A stretch of DNA of 64,000 nt from Eledone cirrhosa. Its lineage: Eukaryota. The stretch is from the NCBI GenBank assembly GCA_964016885.1, contig OZ024747.1, positions 84,010,001 through 84,074,000 of the forward strand, given 5' to 3'. Positions 40,263-56,612 of the stretch are shown piece after piece. The notes beneath the pieces were generated by a model. That model ran no database searches. It had not been told where the DNA came from and worked only from the letters and a program-made list of their open reading frames with translations. Numbering within the stretch: position 1 is the stretch's first letter; each line of letters opens with the position of its first letter. The position numbers were made by a program, and so were the translations under genes.

Positions 40263-40300
40263 CCTTTTGAAAAGCAGAAGAACTGCGAAACCGGTAAAGG
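40263..40300 (+). ncRNA. U3-A8 variant minimal hammerhead
   Basis: CCTT-TTGAAAA-GCAG(AAGAA)CTGC-GAAA-CCGG-TA-AAGG. Confidence 0.78.
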
Positions 40301-40431
40301 AACCAAATAAATATATATATTTAAAAAAAAAATAAGACTTCAGTTGCATTTTCGATTTCATCTCTTTTTCTTTATACTTCCACTCGTGTAGGACACCTCG
40401 GTTATTTTTCATTTTGTAAAAAAAACCTCAC

Positions 40432-40526
<95 letters not shown>

Positions 40527-40691
40527 CTTCTACAGGACTAGAACTGTTTCATTCATGAGAAATCAGGATGATTTCTCACGAATGAAACAGTTCTAGTCCT
40601 GTAGAAGTTTTTCTGCATTAAATATTTATACTCTGCTTTGTATTGAGTACCTTACTTACTGTGGTTACCCCCGATTGAACCCGGGATAAAC
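40527..40691 (+). mobile_element. family E-related fold-back insert, truncated within the ribozyme core
   Basis: CTTCTACAGGACTAGAACTGTTTCATTC / GAATGAAACAGTTCTAGTCCTGTAGAAG, plus a tail homologous to 24946-25013. Confidence 0.85.
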
Positions 40692-41974
40692 ATATATATA
40701 TATATATATACTACAAATGAATACAAATATACACGCATATGATATACATATCAATTCAAATATCTAATCATATGTATGTAAGAGACAATAATCTGTCAAT
40801 AAATGAGCGATAGTGTACAACTAAGGTTGATAGAAAGGTTTTGCCCTCGGTGTGACAAAATATTGCAGTGAGGTATGACTTCACCAATTATATAAGAATA
40901 GTTAGTACCTTATCCAGAAGTCCATGCCGCTTGTGTTTACACCGCACCAACCAAAAAAACAACTCTATATGGTAGAACTCTACCTGCTAGAAATAGATGC
41001 TATATTTATTCTAATCATTCCCACTGTCTTAGAATGATAGTCACTAAGGATGATGTCTAAAAACTTGGATTAGTTATTCCTAGACCGCCTATGATCATAG
41101 ATTCGTCCAATCAGGACTAACGCAGGGTCACACAGCAACAACATCGATATATTTGTATACAAGAGAGATCAAGAAAAATTTCTAGAAACTCTGTTCTAAC
41201 ATTTCAAATGTTCATATCTCGCCTGTAGTATCGAAGATACGTTTGTATTTTTCATTTTGCATAGTACATATAAGTTCAAATTTCACTGCGGTTAGCCTTG
41301 CTTTCATCTCATTTAGATCGATAGAATAATACGTAATATAACTGATGCAATATAATCGGCTACACAGCTCCACAGCAAAGATATCGACTGTGTGTCCATT
41401 CAAAGTTAACCAATATCTTATATATTATTTGATGTTGAACATAATGTCATTTGATAATATCTTTAAAATGTAAAAGATATTTACGCTGTTTCTCTTAAAA
41501 AATAGTTATCTGCTTTTTTTAAGCTGACTGAGAAATATGGTTGTTTGATTCAAGGAAAAGCACCAAAAACTTGTCATGAAGCACATAAATCGGTTAACAA
41601 TAAGATCTGTTTGATCAGGGCTGATCTGGAAGGTACTCAACGAGAGTATCGGGAAAACATTTGTTTCGTATTCTTGACCTCAAAACTTTCGGAGATAAAC
41701 CGAAAGTTTAAATGAGACGGAATATTTCTTCTAACTATCTACTCTTGCGCTCCTTTAGCCAGCAGGCCGGCAAACATCTTATTCCTCCACAAGCACCCAT
41801 CAGCATCCACCAGAACCCACTAGCACCGATTTTTTTTTCTTTTGGCTTAGTCATAGAAAAACAAAGGAGACGATCGTCAGATCGAACCAAGAAAACTATA
41901 TTTCCATTGATCTTTCTGTTGTTGATAATATCTGCCTATCACTATACTGGCATAAAGAGCCGATGTTTCAATGA

Positions 41975-42155
41975 CGAAGAAGGATCGGTTACAGCAAAGT
42001 ATCCTCCACCCCAAGACTGATATTTTATTTATTGACTCCCAAAGGATAAAAGGCTAAGTTAACCGCGAATGGATATGAACTCAGAGAGCAAAGAGCCGGA
42101 ACAAATACCGCGGAATTTAGACAGACGTTCTCACGTGTCTGCCATTTCACCGCCA
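41975..42155 (-). mobile_element. old SINE family 1 copy
   Basis: Similar to 1135-1291. Confidence 0.65.
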
Positions 42156-42816
42156 TTGGTTGAGTGAGAAGGACTCTCAGAAGACTGGAAGATATGGTAA
42201 AAGAAGCAACAACTCACGGAATGCTGCAGTAGAAAAAAGCGGATCAAGATATCGAGTTGTCCTAAGATTAAAGACTTGGTCTGAATATTAGCAAGTAGCT
42301 TAGAAAATCGATTTTTTAAGCTATCATTTATATCAATCGACTGTGTTTATAGTTAATTTCTGCATCTGGGACGCCTACATTTTCCATGAATATATATACG
42401 CACACACATATATGTTTGTGGTCTCCTTGAACTATATATATGTGTGTGTGTATATACACACAGTTTTCAGTTGTACGCGCACGGTAGACAACGAAGGCCA
42501 CGTGTTGTCCCTCTCCGACACAACTCTTTCCCGTCGGACCGCCCCTCCCCCACTTCTTTTGATGGATATGAAATCCGAAATATAGGGACTATTAAATCGC
42601 TTCTAAGTTAACTCTATCTCGTGTTATTAATTTTTACACTTTTCCTACTTCTTTTACGTCCTCTACCTCTCTTTCTACATCTCTCTCTCTCTCTCTCTCA
42701 ATACCACCTGATTTTGTTACCCGGAGATTTACCCATCTGCATTGTTGAGGCTTCCAAAACGACTATATAAATATATATATATATATAGAGATATATATAG
42801 ATATATATAGATATAG

Positions 42817-42888
<72 letters not shown>

Positions 42889-43268
42889 TTACATAAAACA
42901 TGAGGGAGTAATTAGAGTGTGTGACTTAAGAACGCACGCAACACTTACAAATACATGGTGTCAGTTCCTTTCCAAATAATTATCAGAACCATCCAAGTTT
43001 ATTTCGCCAGAGCTAATTTTTAATATGTCCTGCTACATGTGATGTTATCATAGGAAATATTTCTACTTTCATTAAGGATGTTCCTTGCCACAACATTTCA
43101 CAGTTGAACTTCATTACATTCCACAGGAATTCTTTACATACGTTCTCTTCTTCTCCGTAACAGATTGCGATATCAGTTCTTTCGGTTAAGTGGATTTATA
43201 TTGCACGTAGATACACATACACACACACACACACGTATACATATATATATTTGTATATATATATATAC

Positions 43269-43745
<477 letters not shown>

Positions 43746-43964
43746 GGTGTCCCCAAAAAAAAAATATATATATATATATATTCGATTCCAATTTTTTCCT
43801 TATATCTGTACTTTTCGTTCGTATAAATATATAAGTATATTAAACACACACACATATAGGCACGCACACACACATACACACACACACACACACACACATA
43901 TATTAAATTCAAATATCTATTCATATATGTGATCGTATCTTTTGGATAAATGTGTATTTATATA

Positions 43965-44097
<133 letters not shown>

Positions 44098-44284
44098 TGT
44101 GTGTCTGTGTGTGTGTGTTTAAATTCCCATATTTATTCATATACAAATATAGATACATACAATAATATATATTAAATTTAAATATCTTTTCATATACACT
44201 GTGTGTATAGATGTGTATAACATATTACAATATATACATTAAATTTAAATATTTGTTCATATATACGTGAGTGCCAGTAACTGT

Positions 44285-44795
44285 TCATATGTACATATTT
44301 GTATGTGTATATGTGTACAAGTGTGTACAAGTACATGTGTGTACGTGTACAAGTGTGTATAAGTACATGTGTGTATTTGTACATGTGTGTATGTGTACAT
44401 GTGTGTATTTGTACAAGTGTGTATGTGTACAAGTGTGTATAAGTACATGTGTGTATTTGTACATGTGTGTATGTGTACATGTGTGTATTTGTACAAATGT
44501 GTATGTGCATATGTGTGTATTTGTATATGTGTGTATGTGTACATGTGTGTATGTGTACATGTGTGTATTTGTACAAGTGTGTATGTGTATATGTGTGTAT
44601 TTGTACATGTGTGTATGTGTACATGTGTGTGTGTACATGTGTGTATTTGTACAAGTGTGTATGTGTATATGTGTGTATTTGTACATGTGTGTATGTGTAC
44701 ATGTGTGTATGTGTACATGTGTGTATGTGTACATGTCTGTATGTGTACGTATCTGTATGTGTACATGTGTGTATGTGTACATGTCTGTATGTGTT
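44285..44795. repeat. TGTACATGTGTGTA(T)-type minisatellite
   Basis: Direct inspection. Confidence 0.9.
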
Positions 44796-47429
44796 TGAAT
44801 ATTTGAGTAGTGGAAAAGATGGCTGTATTCTTGGTTAGTTGTTTAAAAAAAAAAAAACTTAAATCTCGCGAGAGTTGACTCTGCCTTTAACCCCACCACC
44901 ACCACCACCACCACATCCACCACCACCACCACACCCACCACCACCACCACCACCATCGAGCCAACAAAAAAATCCAGTAAAGCCTTTTCCTTCAATTTCC
45001 ATAGTTTATATTTTATTTTAACATTGAGTCTATTTAATTGAGAATGTTTCTGCTCCAATGAGTCTATTTAATTGAGAATGTTTCTGCTCCAAGTAAAAAT
45101 GACGTCGTGTCTGTAGGAATTGCTAAAAGGTAAAGATGGAAAGAGTTAAAAAAAACTGAGTTACTTCGAGTTGATGAGGATGATCCAAGGTAAAAACTGT
45201 ATCGTAATTTAATAATGTTGATTAGGCAGTTCTCCAATGTTAGAAGAAGAAGAAGAAGAAGAAGAAGAAGAAGAAGAAGAAGAAGAAGAAGAAGAAGAAG
45301 AAGAAGAAGAAGAAGAAGAAGAAGAAGCAAAACGCTTGTTTTATCTCCACAAATCCTTCAAGGAATTTCGCTAATGTAAGAGATATTCTGTCAGTATGCT
45401 TAAAGACTGGGAGTGTTCTCTATAGAAAGCTTTCCAGTATAGTTGTGTGTGTATGTGTATGTCTGTGTGTGTGTGTCTCTGTGTGTCTGTGTGTCTGTGT
45501 GTGTGGGGGGTCTATGTTGTGTTTGTATGTGTGTGTGTGATTGTTGTACTTTTCTTTAGTCCGGTCACTAGAGAACTAGGAAACTATGTCACGTGATATA
45601 ACCAGATTCATCAATAACAGAAGGTGTGTTTCTCGACTTTGAAATAAATACACAAACGCTGATGAATCCTGAAATATCCTCCGTAAACTAGAATGTTCTT
45701 TAGAACTAATATTTTTAATACAGCTCTTTAGATGAGATACCTAACCCTCCTGGTACCATATTTCTAATGAAAGCCATTGGCTATAATTTTTAAGTAATTT
45801 TGAAAATAATCAAGAATCTGGAGAGATTTAGTTTAAAATATTTTTTCATTATTAAACTGACATTTGGAATATAACTTAACAAAGGCCCTTACATAAAATG
45901 ATGATGGATGGTTTCAATATAAAAATAAATACTCTAACTGGGGTAAGAATATACATGTAGAAAACACATACGGAAAGAATTGTAGTATTTTGTATATCTG
46001 TGGCTTAACACTCGGTAAAGACTCAACAGAACATATCTAAAAAGCAAAAAGGAGGTTTATGTTAAATGTTTACAATGTCTTTACGAGTGGTCAGATCGTT
46101 GTGAAAATTTGCAGTATTTGAGTAAAGGCTTCAGATTTTAATGTGAGGCAATCATCGTAATTCTTTATACTTTTCAATAATGTCTTGCTAAAGCGGTTTC
46201 ATGTGGTATAAGACGTTAAGGGTTAAGATGTTAAGGAGGCTGATCATAAGTTGAACTAGATACATTAACACTGAATTGTAAATAATCATTCGTTTCTCTT
46301 CTTAGTTGTTTTTTTTTATTTTACTCTCATTCTCGCTATAAACATTTACCAAATCCTTTCTTCTTCCCACCCCCTTCATCACGTTTCTCCTTCTTTCTTT
46401 CTCTCTTACTCTCTCTCTCCCTCCCCCTCTCTCTCTCTCTCTTTCGCCTTCTTTCACTTTATCCCATATATATATATATATGTGTGTGTATGTGCGTGTG
46501 TGTGCGTGCGTGTGTGTGTGTGTGCATGTGTGTATGTGTGTGAATGTGTATGCGTCTGCATGTATGTGTGTGTGTGCATGTGTGCGTACGTGCGTGCGTG
46601 TGTGTGTGCATGTATGTGTGTGCGTATGTGTATGTGTGTGTGTGCGTGCGTGTGTGTGTGTGTGTGTGTGTCTGTGTCTGTGTGTGTGTGTGTGTGCGAT
46701 GTATCCTTTTTCAAGCTTTCTATCTTAGCTATCTTAGTGTATCTGCTAAACATTGCTACTATACTTTTTTTATCGCACCGGTGCGTAACTTACGAACCTC
46801 AAACTGAATCAACATTGACCTCTCTCGAAATCTTGGATGTGTGAAAAACGAAAGTATTTCAAATTAATACCAAATGTATTAAAAACAAAAAGAAGAAGAA
46901 AAAAAAAGAAAATGCAGTGTTAGTCTTAATCTTCTTAAGAAAACATCGGGCTTGGCTAATTTCCAATCTATAAAAATATAGATTTCAAATAACTTAATCT
47001 AATCTATCTTCTTGTGCTTTTATTGTGATACATCTTTTAGACAAGCAGAAATACATTATAATGAAACTATCAATCCCAGCACTCTGCTACCATTATAACC
47101 ACCACCAGGACTATAACAACAGCATTATTTCCGACACTATCAGCACCCACCACTGCTAATACTACCACCAACAACAACACCTGCACCAACGTAACTATTA
47201 TCACTAAAACCTCTACCAACACCTCCAATAACAACACCAGCATCAATAACAACACTTCCTGCACCACCATCACTAACAACAATAACATTATCCCCACCAA
47301 CACCGCCACAAATCTTAGAGCGCCCCTTCGTGATCGCTTGATATTCTAGAAATAGCAGCAAAATTTTCATGAAATCATACCTGTCTTAAGGAAGAAGCAC
47401 TTTGGATCTATCTAAATCTAAAGTCTGTC

Positions 47430-47708
47430 TTAAGCCAGAAGACTCGTTTGGCCCGTGCTTATGTCGGTTTCATGGCGTGAAGCGACTGAGAGTACAAGAC
47501 TCCCCCCCCCCCCCCCTGGACAAGGCGCCAGTCCATCGCAGGCTTAAAACACCAGCTATTGCCGGTACTCCTTTTCAGCATAGTATACTGGAGCAACGTG
47601 AAATGAAGTGTTTTGCTCAAGAATACAACACGCAACCCAGCCAAGGGATCGAACCCACGACATTATGATTGTAATTCCAACACTCTTACCACTAGACCAC
47701 GTGCCTCC
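47430..47708 (-). mobile_element. CORE-like tRNA SINE, family 2 long variant
   Basis: Minus strand GGAGGCACGTGGTCTAGTGGTAAGAG..GGGTTCGATCCC..TTCTTGAGCAAAACACTTCATTTCACG. Confidence 0.85.
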
Positions 47709-47939
47709 ACACTTTGAATATTACAGTCCTGGAATACAGGACGGAATGCCCCCGGCTGGAATGTGTTTGATGCGAAAAATGTAAAACAGTACCATCATCG
47801 CCAACATCAACTTCACTACAATATTCAGCCACCGCGACCACATCAATACTACTAATACCATCACACCCCCAATAACACCCCACTACTAATACCACCGCAT
47901 AAACTAATACCATTACACCTCCAATACCAGCATACCACC

Positions 47940-50900
47940 AATGCCACCACATCACCAATACTACCACACCAACAAATACCACAACAACAATCAATACTGC
48001 TTCACCACCACGCCACCAATACCACCAATACCACTATACCACTATACCACTATACCACTATACCACCATACCACTATACCACCAATACCATTATACCACC
48101 AATACCACTATACCACTATACCACCATACCACTATACCACTATACCACTATACCACTATACCACTATACCACCAATACCACTATACCACCATACCACTAT
48201 ACCACCAATACCACTATACCACTATGCCACCATACCACTATACCACTATACCACTATACCACTATACCACCAATACCACTATACCACCATACCACTATAC
48301 CACCAATACCACTATACCACTATACCACCAATACCACCATACCACTATACCACTATACCACCAATACCACTATACCACCATACCACCAATACCACTATAC
48401 CACTATACCACTATACCACCATACCACTATACCACCAATACCACTATACCACCAATACCACTATACCACTATACCACTATACCACCATACCACTATACCA
48501 CCAATACCACTATACCACCAATACCACTATACCACTATACCACCAATACCACTATACCACTATACCACTATACCACCAATACCACTATACCACTATACCA
48601 CCAATACCACTATACCACCAATACCACTATACCACCAATACCACTATACCACCATACCACTATACCAGCATACCACCATACCACTATACCACCATACCAC
48701 TATACCAGAATACCACCATACCACTATACCACCATACCACTATACCACCAATACCACTATACCACCATACCACTATACCACCATACCACTATACCACTAT
48801 ACCACTATACCACTATACCACTATACCACCATACCACCATACCACTATACCACTATACCACCAATACCACTATACCACTATACCACTATACCACCAATAC
48901 CACCAATACCACCATACCACTATACCAGCATACCACCATACCACCATACCACCATACCACTATACCACTATACCACAATACCACCAATACCACTATACCA
49001 CCAATACCACTATACCACTATACCACTATACCACCAATACCACTATACCACTATACCACCAATACCACTATACCACTATACCACCAATACCACTATACCA
49101 CTATACCACTATACCACCAATACTACTATACCACTATACCACCATACCACTATACCACTATACCACTATACCACTATACCACTATACCACCAATACCACT
49201 ATACCACCATACCACTATACCACCAATACCACTATACCACTATACCACCAATACCACCATACCACTATACCACTATACCACTATACCACCAATACCACTA
49301 TACCACCATACCACTATACCACCAATACCACTATACCACTATACCACTATACCACGATACCATTATACCACCAATACCACTATACCACCATACCACTATA
49401 CCACCAATACCACTATACCACCAATACCACTATACCACTATACCACCAATACCACTATACCACTATACCACTATACCACCAATACCACTATACCACTATA
49501 CCACCAATACCACTATACCACCAATACCACTATACCACCAATACCACTATACCACCATACCACTATACCAGCATACCACCATACCACTATACCACCATAC
49601 CACTATACCAGCATACCACCATACCACTATACCACCATACCACTATACCACCAATACCACTATACCACCATACCACTATACCACCATACCACTATACCAC
49701 TATACCACTATACCACTATACCACCATACCACCATACCACTATACCACTATACCACCAATACCACTATACCACCATACCACTATACCAGCATACCACCAT
49801 ACCACCATACCACTATACCACTATACCACAATACCACCAATACCACTATACCACCAATACCACTATACCACTATACCACTATACCACCAATACCACCAAT
49901 ACCACTATACCACTATACCACCAATACCACTATACCACTATACCACTATACCACCAATACCACTATACCACCAATACCACTATACCACCAATACCACTAT
50001 ACCACCAATACCACCAATACCACTATACCACCAATACCACTATACCACTATACCACTATACCACCAATACGACCAATACCACTATACCACTATACCACCA
50101 ATACCACTATACCACCAATACCACCAATACCACTATACCACTATACCACCAATACCACTATACCACTATACCACCAATACCACTATACCACCAATACCAC
50201 CAATACCACTATACCACCATACCACTATACCACCAATACCACCAATACCACTATACCACCATACCACTATACCACCAATACCACTATACCACTATACCAC
50301 CATACCACTATACCACCAATACCACTATACCACCATACCACTATACCACCAATACCACTATACCACCAATACCACTATACCACTATACCACTATACCACC
50401 AATACCACCATACCACTATACCACCAATACCACTATACCACTATACCACTATACCACCAATACTACTATACCACTATACCACCATACCACTATACCACTA
50501 TACCACTATACCACTATACCACCAATACCACTATACCACCATACCACTATACCACCAATACCACTATACCACTATACCACCAATACCACCATACCACTAT
50601 ACCACTATACCACTATACCACCAATACCACTATACCACCATACCACTATACCACCAATACCACTATACCACTATACCACTATACCACGATACCATTATAC
50701 CACCAATACCACTATACCACCATACCACTATATCACCAATACCACTATACCACCAATACCACTATACCACTATACCACCAATACCACTATACCACTATAC
50801 CACTATACCACCAATACCACTATACCACTATACCACCAATACCACTATACCACCAATACCACTATACCACCAATACCACTATACCACCATACCACTATAC

Positions 50901-53900
50901 CAGCATACCACCATACCACTATACCACCATACCACTATACCAGCATACCACCATACCACTATACCACCATACCACTATACCACCAATACCACTATACCAC
51001 CATACCACTATACCACCATACCACTATACCACTATACCACTATACCACTATACCACCATACCACCATACCACTATACCACTATACCACCAATACCACTAT
51101 ACCACTATACCACTATACCACCAATACCACCAATACCACCATACCACTATACCAGCATACCACCATACCACCATACCACTATACCACTATACCACAATAC
51201 CACCAATACCACTATACCACCAATACCACTATACCACTATACCACTATACCACCAATACCACCAATACCACTATACCACTATACCACCAATACCACTATG
51301 CCACTATACCACTATACCACCAATACCACTATACCACCAATACCACTATACCACCAATACCACCAATACCACTATACCACCAATACCACTATACCACTAT
51401 ACCACTATACCACCAATACCACCAATACCACTATACCACTATACCACCAATACCACTATACCACCAATACCACCAATACCACTATACCACTATACCACCA
51501 ATACCACTATACCACTATACCACCAATACCACTATACCACCATACCACTATACCAGCATACCACCATACCACTATACCACCATACCACTATACCACCAAT
51601 ACCACTATACCACCATACCACTATACCACCATACCACTATACCACCAATACCACTATACCACCAATACCACTATACCACCATACCACTATACCAGCATAC
51701 CACCATACCACTATACCACCATACCACTATACCAGCATACCACCATACCACTATACCACCATACCACTATACCACCAATACCACTATACCACCATACCAC
51801 TATACCACCATACCACTATACCACTATACCACTATACCACTATACCACTATACCACTATACCACCATACCACCATACCACTATACCACCAATACCACTAT
51901 ACCACTATACCACTATACCACCAATACCACAAATACCACCATACCACTATGCCAGCATACCACCATACCACTATACCACTATACCACAATACCACGAATA
52001 CCACTATACCACCAATACCACCAATACCACTATACCACTATACCACCAATACCACTATACCACTATACCAGCAATACCACTATACCACTATACCACTATA
52101 CCACCAATACTACTATACCACTATACCACCATACCACTATACCACTATACCACTATACCACTATACCACTATACCACCAATACCACTATACCACCATACC
52201 ACTATACCACCAATACCACTATACCACTATACCACCAATACCACCATACCACTATACCACTATACCACTATACCACCAATACCACTATACCACCATACCA
52301 CTATACCACCAATACCACTATACCACTATACCACTATACCACGATACCATTATACCACCAATACCACTATACCACCATACCACTATACCACCAATACCAC
52401 TATACCACCAATACCACTATACCACTATACCACCAATACCTCTATACCACTATACCACTATACCACCAATACTACTATACCACTATACCACCAATACCAC
52501 TATACCACCAATACCACTATACCACCAATACCACTATACCACCAATACCACTATACCACCATACCACTATACCAGCATACCACCATACCACTATACCACC
52601 ATACCACTATACCAGCATACCACCATACCACCAATACCACTATACCACCATACCACTATACCACCATACCACTATACCACTATACCACTATACCACTATA
52701 CCACCATACCACCATACCACTATATCACTATACCACCAATACCACTATACCACTATACCACCATACCACCATACCACTATACCACTATACCACCAATACC
52801 ACTATACCACCATACCACTATACCACCAATACCACTATACCACCATACCACTATACCACCATACCACTATACCACTATACCACTATACCACTATACCACC
52901 ATACCACCATACCACTATACCACTATACCACCAATACCACTATACCACTATACCACTATACCACCAATACCACCAATACCACCATACCACTATACCAGGC
53001 ATACCACCATACCACCATACCACTATACCACTATACCACAATACCACCAATACCACTATACCACCAATACCACTATACCACTATACCACTATACCACCAA
53101 TACCACCAATACCACTATACCACTATACCACCAATACCACTATACCACTATACCACTATACCACCAATACCACTATACCACCAATACCACTATACCACCA
53201 ATACCACTATACCACTATACCACTATACCACCAATACCACCAATACCACTATACCACTATACCACCAATACCACTATACCACCAATACCACCAATACCAC
53301 TATACCACTATACCACCAATACCACTATACCACTATACCACCAATACCACTATACCACCAATACCACCAATACCACTATACCACCATACCACTATACCAC
53401 CAATACCACCAATACCACTATACCACTATACCACCAATACCACTATACCACCAATACCACCAATACCACTATACCACTATACCACCAATACCACTATACC
53501 ACTATACCACCAATACCACTATACCACCAATACCACCAATACCACTATACCACCATACCACTATACCACCAATACCACCAATACCACTATACCACCATAC
53601 CACTATACCACCAATACCACTATACCACTATACCACCATACCACTATACCACCAATACCACCATACCACCATACCACCAATACCACCAATACCACTATAC
53701 CACCATACCACTATACCACCAATACCACTATACCACCAATACCACTATACCACTATACCACTATACCACCAATACCACCATACCACTATACCACCAATAC
53801 CACCAATACCACTATACCACCATACCACTATACCACCAATACCACTATACCACCAATACCACTATACCACTATACCACTATACCACCAATACCACCATAC

Positions 53901-54690
53901 CACTATACCACCAATACCACCAATACCACTATACCACCAATACCACTATACCACTATACCACTATACCACCAATACCACCACACCACCAATACCACCAAC
54001 ACCACCGCACCACCAATACCACCACACCACCAACACCACCAATACCACCAACACCACCGCACCACCAATACCACCACACCACCACACCACCACACCACCA
54101 CTATACCACCAATACCACCACACCGCCAACACCACCACTCCACCAATACCACCACACCACCACACCACCACCACACCACCACACCACCACCACACCACCA
54201 CACCACCACACCACCACCACACCACCACACCACCACCACACCACCACACCACCACACCACCAATACCACCACACCACCACACCACCACCACACCACCAAC
54301 ACCACACCACCACCAACACCACCAACACCACCAACACCACCACACCACCAACACCACCACCACACCACCACACCACCACACCACCAATACCACCACACCA
54401 CCACACCACCACCACACCACCAACACCACACCACCACCAACACCACCACACCACCACACCACCACACCACCAATACCACCACACCACCACACCACCACCA
54501 CACCACCACACCACCACCACACCACCACCAACACCACACCACCACCAACACCACCAACACCACCAACACCACCACACCACCAATACCACCACACCACCAC
54601 ACCACCACACCACCACCACACCACCAACACCACACCACCACCAACACCACCAACACCACCAACACCACCACACCACCAACACCACCACAC
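47940..54690. repeat. 6.7-kb satellite of 8/9-nt units (ACCACTAT, ACCACCAT, ACCACCAAT) grading into ACCAC repeats
   Basis: Direct inspection; G-poor plus strand. Confidence 0.95.
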
Positions 54691-54938
54691 TACTAATAAC
54701 TGCAAGAAAAACAAACCAGCAACGCCGACAACAACAATAACAACAACAACAACTACCCCAGAAAGAACAACAACAACAACAATAACAACAACAACAACTA
54801 CCCCAGAAAGAACAACAACAACAACAATAACAACAACAACTACCTCAGAAAGAACAACAACAACAACAATTACCATTAAAAAAAAAATAACAATTACCTC
54901 AGAAAAAAGAACAACAACAGCAACAACAATTACCTGAG

Positions 54939-54971
<33 letters not shown>

Positions 54972-55236
54972 GAGTACCACCAGTGGATGAAAGTGAAATG
55001 AAAGTCTAATTAGAGAAGAGATATTAGCAGGTGTTTCAAGTCGTTGATGTTATATGTTGAAGATTCTATTGAATCGGGTCAGCGACTCAGAAGAAGCTGC
55101 TTAATTACATGATGTAATCAGTTTTAGATTGAGTTTCTACTTCTTCATCACATTGCATAATTTTACACCTCATTCGCACACATACATACATACATGTATG
55201 TATGTATGTATGTATGTATGTATGTATGTATGTATG

Positions 55237-55267
<31 letters not shown>

Positions 55268-55308
55268 GTATGTATTTATATATATATGTATGTATATATG
55301 TATATATA

Positions 55309-55364
<56 letters not shown>

Positions 55365-55631
55365 CATGTATAACTCCGATATAAAACCTGCGGCTCAGTA
55401 GTTACCGATGAGGTTGATCTTTTCTTCTTTTCGGGTTATAGCTACTGTCGCTCAGAGAGTGGGATTGGCTCAGTGCACAGTCTTTCATCACTTTAAAAAA
55501 AATATCTTCATGCACAGGCATTGCACGATAGAATTAATTAATAATTATTAATAATGGTATAATCGTACAATGGCCATACTCGATAATGAGGGGGCAGCCA
55601 CCATATATATATATATATATAAAGATTGAAT

Positions 55632-55811
55632 AATTGTTTCTACTTTTGGCACAAGGCCAGCAATTATTCCAGTGCATTACTGGTACTTTATTTTATCGAC
55701 CCCGTAAGGATGAAAGGCAAAGTTAACCTCGGCGGGATTTGAACTCAGATCATAAAGGGAGGTAACTCTATGCTTCAAAGCATGGCGTCCGACCCTTACC
55801 GATACTGCCAA
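55632..55811 (-). mobile_element. SINE family 1
   Basis: Core match. Confidence 0.85.
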
Positions 55812-56242
55812 ATAACAGGTAGACATCATAAAAAGGTAATTTATTCCGTCTGCTTACAAATGTTTCCACGGTGGTTGTACAACCATTACTGCATCTAGGA
55901 TAATCATATATAAATATAATATATATATATATATACAATGTGTCCCACTAAAATGCATACACACATACACACTTTGATTACCTGTTCAAACAATATTTAT
56001 TAGAATGCTGTTGAAGTGTGTATCCATTTTTTGGGACACCTCCGAAAACCTGGTTTAAAGATTGTACTCTATCTTACACTGTTTCTCCTGAGACTCTCAA
56101 TATAACTTCTGTAGAATCTAGAGTTACTGAAGACTAGCTCTCCTGTGTCACTCATTAAGTAGCACTTGACATCAACACAATCTTCACTGTCTCTTATTCA
56201 CTATCCCGCCCCCTTTCTTTCGCCATCTTTGTATCTATTTAT

Positions 56243-56301
<59 letters not shown>

Positions 56302-56305
56302 CATA

Positions 56306-56612
<307 letters not shown>

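Larger units (their letters stand above)
39556..40437 (+). mobile_element. fold-back insert, family F, about 330 bp arms plus about 60 nt tail
   Basis: Arms about 39556-39887 and 40038-40376; the duplicated ORFs 39626 (+) and 40306 (-) reflect this symmetry. Confidence 0.88.

Noticed and set aside
39626-40306. Two near-identical ORFs on opposite strands (also 8298/8583 and 8828/8960)
   Set aside because: By-product of the inverted repeats; no protein motifs.
42470-42560. GC-rich patch with CACGTG and a GC-box as a promoter
   Set aside because: Short motifs only, with no linked gene.
45025-45092. 34-bp tandem duplication (also about 45 bp duplicated at 56988 and 57071)
   Set aside because: Ordinary local duplications with no further structure.
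45657-45680. CTGATGA..GAAA at 45659
   Set aside because: No helix II or helix I can form; likewise CTGATGA at 973 has no helix II followed by GAAA.
47941-54937. 2251-aa and 2237-aa ORFs
   Set aside because: Satellite DNA whose G-poor plus strand cannot form stop codons; the same peptide words appear in several frames.
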